From Eledone cirrhosa (Eukaryota), in contig OZ024761.1 in NCBI GenBank assembly GCA_964016885.1, positions 21,700,001-21,764,000 of the forward strand: a stretch of DNA of 64,000 nucleotides, read 5' to 3'. Position numbers and translations under genes: made by a program. Numbering within the stretch: position 1 is the stretch's first letter; the number at the start of each line of letters is the position of its first letter. Of this stretch, positions 53,215 through 64,000 are shown one piece after another. Below the pieces are notes generated by a model. That model saw only the letters and a list, made by a program, of their open reading frames with translations, did no database searches and was not told where the DNA came from.

Positions 53215-53895
53215 CCGCCGTCAGCAGGTTTGCTTTCAGGAATTCACCAAGAAGAGGGCATCTGTTGTACTCTTCCCAGGCACAAAGCCAAACGTCATCT
53301 CATATAGTTTGACCCTTTCTCTAATTAGTTGTGCTAATATCCTTTCTGCCACTTTCATAACCTGATCCATCAGTTTTATACCCCTATAATTGCTCCTCTC
53401 CAGAGCATCCCCTTTACCTTTGTAGCAATTTATGAGAATACTGCTGCACCAGTCTTTGGGTATGACACTACCATATATAGCCTGATTGATGATGCGTGCA
53501 ACCAGTTTAGTGCCTACGTCCCCTGATGCCTTCAGCAACTATTCCCGATGGTCCAGCAGCCTTACCATTTTTCATTTCCTTAATCGCCTCTTGGACCCTA
53601 TATTCGTCAATCTCAATAGCTGGTCCCTCTGTCGAGTCGACTGAGGGTAATTTCTCTCTCTCCCATTCATCAGTCTCTCATAATGACATTTCCAGGCCTC
53701 CTTTTTCTGATCATTCGTGACACTAAGTACACCAACATCACTCCGGACACATTTATCTCCAACAACATCCTGATTTGCATTGACACACTGCCTTGAAATG
53801 TGGAACACCGCACGCCTCTGATCTTCCCGTCACAGAACATTGGCAAACCTCCTACTCTCAGCCTCCCTGCGTGCTAAGTACACCTGACGTCTAGC
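53215..53895 (-). mobile_element. Second, diverged RTE LINE fragment
   Basis: CYKGKGDALERSNYRGIKLMDQVMK, FGFVPGKSTTDALF. Confidence 0.88.
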
Positions 53896-53945
53896 TTCTC
53901 TCTTAGTGGTTGTATATTCTTCCCTACTCCCACCCTTTTTCCATA

Positions 53946-54014
<69 letters not shown>

Positions 54015-54052
54015 GGATATATATACATACATATATATATATAAAAATATGG

Positions 54053-54085
<33 letters not shown>

Positions 54086-54575
54086 TATATCCATACAGAT
54101 AGTGGAGGCAGGTGAGGTTGTTGGACCTACAATCATAATGTTGGGGTTGTGTGTTCTGTTCTTGAGCAAAACACTTCATTTCACGTTGCTCCAGTATACT
54201 GAGCTGAAACTAGCAATAGCTGGGGGTTTAACCAACTGTTGGACTGGTGTCCTGTCCAGGGAGAAGTCTTTTACTGTCAATCACTTGACGCCACGGAAAC
54301 CAGGATAAGTAAATGTTATAACTGGGAGGGAAAAAAAAGATTTGGAAAGTCCCCTGTACTAAATTCTTTTAACACTTCCTATGGGACTCCCTAGCTGGAC
54401 ACGTTATTTTGAGCTTTGAGTAGAAGTAGATGTAGTAAATTAACTGTAAAGACTAACAAGAGTTAAGTTGTATAGACGTAAAATGTTATGGTTTATTCAA
54501 TCTAAAGAGAAGGAAAAAGGAATTAAAATCTAGTGAAAAAAAAATTAACGTTTAAACATAGATATTTCAATATAT

Positions 54576-56633
54576 GGTGTTATATAGATATAATTTATTT
54601 GTTAAAATAATAACTAAATAAAATGTATTATAAAATCCAACTAGGGATTGAACCTACAACTACACAATGTTAGTTTCAATGTCCAGCACTCCTACCAAAT
54701 GAGCCACCAGGACAATTACTGAACACCTATTAAAAAATAAGGTATTTAAAGATTTATTTATTTAGTTATAAGTATAATTATCGTAGAATGTAAACATACA
54801 GATGTGTACATGCTAGAAGCGCAGAGACCAACAGATAATTAAAGTACAGATATATACATGCTAAACACAGCGGCTAGAGTTTAGTAAACAAATAAGGAGG
54901 ACATATATATATAATAATAAATGTAAATAGAACTTTAGCTGTAGTACAGCAGTACTATTAGATATATTTGAGTACTCGATAGATCGAAAGTTAAAAACAA
55001 ACATTAAATCCACAGTTAACAGCAATAAAGACGACCGAAGACACTAACTATACACACAACAAAATTACGATAGATACAGAAAGGTTTATATATATATATA
55101 AATATCAATAAAAATTGAATTTGACTGCTATTTCGAGCATAAACTAAAAACCGGAAGTGGACAAAATTGAAAAACTTCTTCTTTTTCCCCCTCTAACTTT
55201 TTTCTAAACAAAAATCGAAATTTTTCTCAAGAAAAAGTTAGAGGGTGAAAAAGAAGAAGTTTTTCAATTTTGTCCACTTCCGGTTTCTAGTTTATGCTAG
55301 AAATAGCAGTCAAATAAATTTATAAATGTGTGTGTGTGTGTGTGTGTATGTGTAAAAAAAAAAATTTTTTTTTTTTACTGCTATTTCTAGCAAAAACTAA
55401 AAACCGGAAGTGGACAAAATTGAAAAACTTCTTCTTTTTCCCCTTCTAACTTTTTTTCCGAAAAATTTCGATTTTTGTTTAGAAAAAAGTTAGAGGGTGA
55501 AAAAGAAGAAGTTTTTCAATTTTGTCCACTTCCGGTTTCTAGTTTTTGCTCGAAATAGCAGTCAAATAAATTTTTTTTTTTTTTAACATACACACACACA
55601 CACACACACATTTATAAATTTATTTGACTGCTATTTCTAGCATAAACTAGAAACCGGAAGTGGACAAAATTGAAAAACTTCTTCTTTTTCACCCTCTAAC
55701 TTTTTCTTGAGAAAAATTTCGATTTTTGTTTAGAAAAAAGTTAGAGGGGGAAAAAGAAGAAGTTTTTCAATTTTGTCCACTTCCGGTTTCTAGTTTATGC
55801 ACGAAATAGCAGTCAAATTCAATTTTTATTGATATTTATATATATATATAAACCTTTCTGTATCTATCGTAATTTTGTTGTGTGTATAGTTAGTGTCTTC
55901 GGTCATCTTTATTGCTGTTAACTGTGGATTTAATGTTTGTTTTTAACTTTCGATCTATCGAGTACTCAAACAAATCGAATAGTACCGCTGTACTACAGCT
56001 AAAGTTCTATTTACATTTATTATTATATATATATGTCCTCCTTATTTGTTTACTAAACTCTAGCCGCTGTGTCTAGCATGCATATATCTGCAATTTAATT
56101 ATCTGTTGGTCTCTGTGCTTCTAGCATGTACACATCTGTATGTTTACATTCTACGACAGTTATACTTATAACTATATAAATAAATATATATATAACTACA
56201 TAAATAAATATATATAATAATAATTGTAAATCGAACTGTTTACTAAACTCTAGCCGCTGTGTCTAGCATGCATATATCTGTACTTTAATTATCTGTTGGT
56301 CTCTGTGCTTCTAGCATGTACACATCTGTATGTTTACATTCTACGATAATTATACTTATAACTAAATAAATAAATCTTTAAATACCTTATTTTTTAATAG
56401 GTGTTCAGTAATTGTCCTGGTGGCTCATTTGGTAGGAGTGCTGGACATTGAAGCTAACATTGTGTAGTTGTAGGTTCAATCCCTAGTTGGATTTTATAAT
56501 TCATTTTATTGAATATTATTTTAACAAATAAAGGGTCGATAAAATAAAGTACCAGTAATGCACTGGGTAATTGCAGGCCTTGTGCCTAAAGTAGAAACAA
56601 TTATTTTAACAAATAATTATATCTATATAACAC
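54576..56633. repeat. ~2 kb nested palindrome (fold-back element)
   Basis: Arms are reverse complements about ~55470; the core has six alternating copies of an ~80-bp unit; tRNA-like box A/B in both outer arms. Confidence 0.92.
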
Positions 56634-57169
56634 CAAACATAGTGAGTTCCAATCTGGCTGACATGCAGAATAAGTGAATAAGGTAAGACAAAATCGTAGT
56701 AGATTAGAATATTACACAGACAGACACACAAGATTGAGGTAATACGAAACCAACGTAGCTCCCCCCTCACAAATAGAAATGACGTGCAACAATACAATCA
56801 AAATAATCAAGCAATTCGTTTATAAATATATTTTTTTTATTAAGTATGGAAAGTTTCCATGAGTTACAAAAATCTCAGGTTAATGATATATATTTATTTT
56901 TTTTATCATACAGTGACACAATACACAGGAACTTATATAGATATGTACATATTCTCCAGTGGCCACAAACTCAGGCTGACAATCCGCAATACAAAGGCGA
57001 GTAAAATAGTCAAATACCGGGGCATAACAATAAATAAGCACATTATCTTGAGCAGCAGAGTGATTTACATAGACTTAGAATAGAAGAGATGAATGCTGAA
57101 GAACTGTTCAATTTCAGACAGAGTTGAATATATAACTAACATCGTAGTAGAAATTGCCCAACAATTCAT

Positions 57170-58460
57170 ATCAATGGAAATGTAGAAGAATTGCTTTGCG
57201 CAATCATTGTGGAGCTTTGAAGAAAATTATAACTGTTGTAATAAGGGGAAAGTTGTGTTGCCTCCATTGCAAATATACCTGAGAGACTGAGAAATCTCTT
57301 TGAAAGAGGCCAGGAAGTAGTTGCATTTCACAGGAACATCTGCAATTACAACTGTGTATTTTCTTTTGGTGTTAAACTTTCCCTACCACCTGGCAGAAGC
57401 CCACATTTCTTTTGTATTCGGGGTAAAACATATCACTGTACCACACCTCTGTACCCTGCAGAAAATACACCACAATGTGGCCAGTAAAATATTATTGACA
57501 CAAATGAAGCTGTGTAACACAGATTGGAAGTACCACCAAATAATGACTGCTCACCACTAACAATGACTCTGGTAAGTGGTGTTGCATGAATGTAATCCAT
57601 GTCGAAGTGTACAATACAATGCATGGCATAGAACAAGAAGTGAAAATCGTTGTGTACAGAACTGTGAATTAAGCTGCATTAATTTACCAACTAGCAAAGA
57701 AATAGCTGTTGTTTTTGTGGAGAGTGTGTACAGGTGGTGTGCCATCAGAGATATCATTTGCCCTAAAGACCATCCTCCTCAGAAAATACCATATATTTCA
57801 TGTCACTTGGACCTCATGATCTACTCATAATGGTGAATTTTGGTGGCATAGTGACATGCAGAGGAACGCAGGAACTGCATCCACAATAGACTGACAATGC
57901 AGGAGTATTACAGATACTGTATAGCATATAGGGGAGGATTTAGGGTGATATATAGGGCAGGTAGATTATTTCAGCAGTATTTAGTGGATGCCTATGTGAA
58001 AGTAGAGGGATGCAGGCTTCAATATTTGAGGAAGAATCAAGCCCAATTGTGAGTGGATGAGAATAATGGTTTAATGGATTATCTAAACAGATAACACTGA
58101 GCCTGGGGAGCAAGTTATTTTGCCATCATTCTTCACTGACAGCCCAAGAAACATACATCAGTACTTTAAAGATGCGATGACAATTGTTGCCAAATATGGC
58201 AAACCAGATATTTTTATAACTTATACAACCCTAAATGCCCTGACATTCGAAATAATTTAAATCAAAACGAAGCCACAGAAAACAGACATGATATAGTTGC
58301 CGGGGGTTTTAAGGCTCAGCTTTCTGAAATGATGAAAAGTATCAAAGAAAGACATATTCTTGGCGTGCCAGTGGCTTATATTCCTGTCATTGAGTTCTAA
58401 ATAACAGGACTTCCTCATTGCCATATGTTGGTGATCTTAAGAAAGGAAGACAAGATAACA
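57170..58460 (+). mobile_element. Degraded Helitron Rep (RepHel N-terminal/HUH) remnant
   Basis: CCNKGKVVLPPL, AGRLFQQYLVDAYVKVE, DAMTIVAKYGKPDIFIT and VIEF*ITGLPHCHML (HUH motif); stops and frameshifts. Confidence 0.9.
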
Positions 58461-58769
58461 GAAATAGTGAGAGAGGGGGACAGAATAAAGGAGATATATA
58501 TAGGGAGGGGGGGGGAGTGAACCAGATAAATATAGGAAGGGGGAGAGAATGAACCAGATATATATAGGGCGGGGTAGAGAGTTAACTAGATATATATAAG
58601 GAGTGAGAGAGAGTGAACTAGATATATATGGGGAATGGTAGAGAGTGAACCAGATATATATAGGGAGGGGTAGAGAGTGAGGCAGTCTGGCACTGGGAAG
58701 AAAGGGTGGTAAAATATGGCACTTAGGAGCACGTCTGCTGCAGCATGGAACTGAAAAGCTTGAGTGACA

Positions 58770-59036
58770 CAGTATGGCTGGACCTAGGGTGACACAGTAT
58801 GGCTACCTAAGGTGACAGGCTAGACCTAGGGTGACACAGTATGGCTACCTAAGGTGACACAGGCTGGACCTAAGGTGACACAGGCTGGACCTAGGATGAC
58901 ACAGGCTGGACTTAGGGTGACCACAGGCTGGACTTAGGGTGACCACAGGCTGGACCTAGGATGACACAGGCTGGACCTAAGGTGACACAGGCTGGACCTA
59001 GGGTGACACAGGCTGGACCTAGGGTAACACAGTATG
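58770..59036. repeat. ~20-bp tandem repeat (gacacaggctggacctaggt)
   Basis: Direct reading. Confidence 0.85.
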
Positions 59037-59223
59037 GCCCTGGAGAGGATATTACAACACCTTAGCCTCACTATTACCTGAGACAATATCCTGAATGTTT
59101 TGCCATTAAAAATATTTAGAAGGAAACCCCAATATTTTCTGTTGCCAAGTGTAACTGGTTGTCTGTCTTGTCAGGCTTTGTTTGTAATTTTTACCTTTCC
59201 TTATTTCTATAATTATATATATA

Positions 59224-59854
59224 GGCATACATGACTTTTAGCGGTCGCAATAATGAAAGTAAGCTTCTTCTTCTTTGCCCGGCTCCATGCGTTCTCTATG
59301 AGCTGTGTGTGCACATCAGGGTCCGCAGGATCTACAAAGTTCCGTTCGTGCACCACAACATCATGAACGTAAATCCCACCTTCAATTTCCTCAATTTCCG
59401 AATAGGAAGCCCAACTATCGGAGGTGATGCGGCTGCCTGGCAAAATCCACTGCTGAATGATGGGGACGAGTGTCACGGCTTCGATTTGGGACTTCTACAA
59501 GGCAGCAGCGTCCAGAATGGCGTTCAAAAGAGCCGAAGACCCAGTGGTCTTGTCTCCACAGGCTACGAGGATACTTTCTATGGAAGTATTTGGATTCTTC
59601 TATCTCGACAATGATGGACTCACCATTCTGCAAGCCTCATTACAAGATTACTTCGGTATTGAGTACTCTTCTCTCAACCGTCAACTACACACACACACAT
59701 ATATATATATAATCAGTTAAAACGACAGAGGCTCTGATTTTCTCTTTAATCTCAGTAACTAATTTAGATCTAAACACACAAAATGTAAACACGACGTTCG
59801 AAAATGAAAATAAATTTACTTTCATTTTTCAGACCGTTAAAAGTCATGTATGCC
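59224..59854 (-). mobile_element. Internally deleted Merlin (IS1595/ISXO2-like) DNA transposon with both TIRs
   Basis: TIRs ggcatacatgactttta(g/a)cggtc at 59224-59246 and 59832-59854; transposase VEIEES, WVFG, PGSRITSDSWASY, VHERNFVDP and HTQLIENAW. Confidence 0.88.
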
Positions 59855-59856
59855 AC

Positions 59857-59929
<73 letters not shown>

Positions 59930-60279
59930 TGAGATAAATTACTTATGTTGAAATAGTCAATTTAATATAGAAAATAATATTTAGTTTACGTGAATGTCAG
60001 ATTTGCCGGACTTCCTCACAAATCCTATCTTACAAAGTTAGCCACACATTTTCAATCACGTTTTCGTATTTTTGCAGTGAAATATTTTAATTAGAATGTT
60101 TGTTATGAAATAAAGTTTATTAAATAAATTCCTATTTATATAATTTTTGCAATAGAATATAATAAAGTTAAGTAACGAAAGTGAGGGGACAGCCAATCCT
60201 AGACAGTGGTGGCCATAACTGGACCCCAAAACCAAATATTCTGTATACGTAAGTGTATGAAATTTTAAATATGCTACAC

Positions 60280-60343
<64 letters not shown>

Positions 60344-60573
60344 TACCTGAGTACTGTACACAATAATTTCATTATTGATTCACCAACACTACACCTGATA
60401 TTCCCCCTCCATACACACACACGTGTATATCATGACTCATACACTGTTCATTTTCCTGACATTTGTACATTATTCTATGTACCATACATGCACCTTTGAT
60501 GAGTTGTAGTGCACCTGAGCACTGTACACAATAATTTCATTATTATTATTTATTGTATATATATATATATGCA

Positions 60574-60633
<60 letters not shown>

Positions 60634-60730
60634 AGCAGAAGTTTTCAGTGAATCTGTAGAAAACAGGTGAGGGCTCCCAAGTCAGTACTCAATGCTAGAA
60701 CAGTGTATATAATAAGAATAAAAAGGAGGC

Positions 60731-60821
60731 GTTACATAAGAGATTTATGTTTCAAAAACAGTCGACTCATGATCCAGGTTAATATTCCAGACCAGATTCC
60801 AGATCTGCCAGATCCTCAGAC
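60731..60821 (-). ncRNA. Degenerate hammerhead motif
   Basis: gt-CTGAGGA-[long imperfect stem II]-GAAA-cataa atctc ttatg-TA-ac. Confidence 0.4.
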
Positions 60822-60844
60822 CAGTGCTATCACAACAAAATCCA

Positions 60845-60896
<52 letters not shown>

Positions 60897-61394
60897 GTAA
60901 TAAACAACATAAGATAATTATTCCATTTACCAAAGGTTTCACGAAGACAGGTGAGCTCAGAAGCATACATAGAGCATCCTCCTTTCCTTTACCCTTCCTA
61001 CGGAAATACTTCATATGTATATATATAGAATGGAAAACGAAAAATCAGTGATGCATCTGAACTTAATTTATTGCGTGCTACAATTGTTTCCCCGGTGGAC
61101 GGCCTGAGGTGAGATCTGTTCGCCGCGGAAACAATTGTAATACGCAATAAATTGAGTTCTGATGCATCACTGATTTTTCGTTTTCCATTCTATCATACTC
61201 TGCTCCGTAAGAGCATAGAGTGCTCAACCGGCATACCGCCTATGGACGCATCTTAGCTACCATAAGACACACATCATCATCATCATCGTTTAACGCCCAT
61301 CTTCCATGCTAGCATGGGTTTGGACGGGAATTTTCCCACTTGAGGCAAGATTGGTTGTATATATGTCATTCAATGTATATATATACATATATAT

Positions 61395-61478
61395 ACATTG
61401 AATGACATATATACACATACATATATATATACATATATATTGAATGACATATATATATATATATATATATTGAATGAC

Positions 61479-61515
<37 letters not shown>

Positions 61516-61734
61516 TTGAATGACATATATATATATATATACATATATATACACACATATATTGAATGACATATATATATATACATATATATTGAATGAC
61601 ATATATATATATATATACATATATATTGAATGACATATATATATATACATATATATTGAATGACATATATATATATATATATATATACATTGAATGACAT
61701 ATATACATACATATATATTGAATGACATATATAT

Positions 61735-61789
<55 letters not shown>

Positions 61790-61833
61790 TGAATGACATA
61801 TATACATACATATATATTGAATGACATATATAT

Positions 61834-61914
<81 letters not shown>

Positions 61915-61945
61915 TGAATGACATACATACATATATATTGAATAA
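61395..61945. repeat. Compound repeat: attgaatgac anchors spaced by variable (AT)n
   Basis: Direct reading. Confidence 0.9.
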
Positions 61946-62057
61946 CACATACATACATACATAAAATAACATATCAAACTTTAACAGGAGATAATCAGTG
62001 GAGAATGTAAGGACACAGTTCTTCAAATATAGATACCTGGCAAAATTTATACATGTA

Positions 62058-62282
62058 TATATGTAGGGGACATATGTACATGGGATATATATATATATAT
62101 ATATATAGGGGACATATATACATGGGATATATATATATATATATGTATAGGGGACATATATACATGGGATATATATATATATATATATATAGGGGACATA
62201 TATACATGGGATATATATATATATATATGTAGGGGGCATATGTACATGGGATATATATATATATAGGGGACATATGTACATG

Positions 62283-62320
<38 letters not shown>

Positions 62321-63015
62321 GTAGGGGGCATATATACATGGGATATATATATATATATATGTATATATATGTATATATATATATATATATATGTAGGGGG
62401 CATATATACATGGGATATATATATATATATGTATATATATGTATATATATATATATATGTAGGGGGCATATATACATGGGATATATATATATATATATGT
62501 ATATATATGTATATATATATATATATGTAGGGGGCATATATACATGGGATATATATATATATATATGTATATATATGTATATATATATATATATATATGT
62601 AGGGGGCATATATACATGGGATATATATATATATATGTATATATGTATATATATATATGTAGGGGGCATATATACATGGGATATATATATATATATGTAT
62701 ATATATGTATATATATATATATATGTAGGGGGCATATATACATGGGATATATATATATATATATATATAGGGGACATATATATAGTTTCAGAAGATCCCG
62801 TTAAGGGTGAAAGCAGAGATTCTTTGCTTAAACTTTAATCTGTTATTTTAATAAATCTTTGCTCTACGGTTCTTATATATTTTATATATATTTATATATT
62901 TGATATATATTTATATATTTGATATATATTTATCCTTATCGAGCCCTCTTTGGATTTTAGTCTTCACATTTATTATTATTACTATATATATATATGGGGG
63001 ACATATATACATGGG

Positions 63016-63103
<88 letters not shown>

Positions 63104-63119
63104 GACATATATACATGGG

Positions 63120-63165
<46 letters not shown>

Positions 63166-63181
63166 GACATATATACATGGG

Positions 63182-63217
<36 letters not shown>

Positions 63218-63222
63218 GACAT
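62058..63222. repeat. Compound repeat: aggggg/acatatatacatggga anchors spaced by variable (AT)n, interrupted at 62784-62985
   Basis: Direct reading. Confidence 0.9.
62784..62834 (+). ncRNA. Hammerhead-like motif with variant core (CAGAAGA)
   Basis: agttt-CAGAAGA-t ccc gttaa ggg t-GAA-agcagag att ctttgct-T-aaact; 5-bp stem I, 7-bp stem III. Confidence 0.55.
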
Positions 63223-63500
63223 TCTTATTAAAACAATAAAAATAATAAAAATATTAATAATGATAATAATTGCATTTATTTGTGACAAGGGAGCTGGTTG
63301 AAGGGGACATTATGTTGTATATAGTGTGGTGGGGTTACATGGAGATATAATGTTTAAAATATTAAAATAAAAATATTTGTATATATTTATATATATACAC
63401 ACACACACAGACATATATATATACAAGGTGTCCCTCAAATATGTATACACACTTTCATTACCTGTACAATGAATATTGCCTCGGACGTTTTGTTGATATA

Positions 63501-63606
<106 letters not shown>

Positions 63607-63609
63607 CAC

Positions 63610-63721
<112 letters not shown>

Positions 63722-64000
63722 GAGAATGGAGGTGGTAAAAACCAGAACACACACACACACAGACATACAATTATTTTCTGTTATAGGCACCTTGTATGAT
63801 TTTGATTGTATCAGTGACTGCATTAGCACCAGTTGCACTTGAACTCCACAGTTTATGGGTCAGACATTCCATGACCCTTAATCCATGGGACCTTAACTGT
63901 TGGTGGAGTCATAGGGATGCTGTTGTCATGATATACTGTATGTCATGGACACTTTAAACCTTGCAGAGCCCTTCACTTCTCTAAGTCTGAACGCTGCTGA

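Noticed and set aside
56414-56490. tRNA genes (also 35904-35967, 49195-49265, 13418-13500)
   Set aside because: Box A/B are present but no convincing cloverleaf; they are SINE or repeat heads.
61395-62785. Repeat-spacer pattern resembling CRISPR
   Set aside because: Spacers are only (AT)n/(AC)n microsatellite, not unique sequence.

Overview
AT-rich, microsatellite-saturated metazoan genomic DNA; the repeat types suggest an octopus-like cephalopod (inference). It holds one intact host gene: a 10-exon + strand eIF3 subunit M (EIF3M) gene, CDS 40088-48686, 378 aa, all GT-AG introns in phase. The rest is repeat-derived: CR1-group, RTE, Tx1 and CRE-like LINE remnants, tRNA-derived SINEs, mariner, Merlin, Helitron and piggyBac-like remnants, several minisatellites and a ~2 kb nested palindrome. 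The main unexplained signal is a dense set (about 15 full or near-full motifs plus many half motifs) of type I hammerhead ribozyme motifs from several sequence families. They sit in short non-coding units next to (TA)n tracts and are very often arranged as fold-back palindromes, consistent with Penelope-like element pseudo-LTR or retrozyme-like units. Nearly all long ORFs in the supplied track are microsatellite artefacts.
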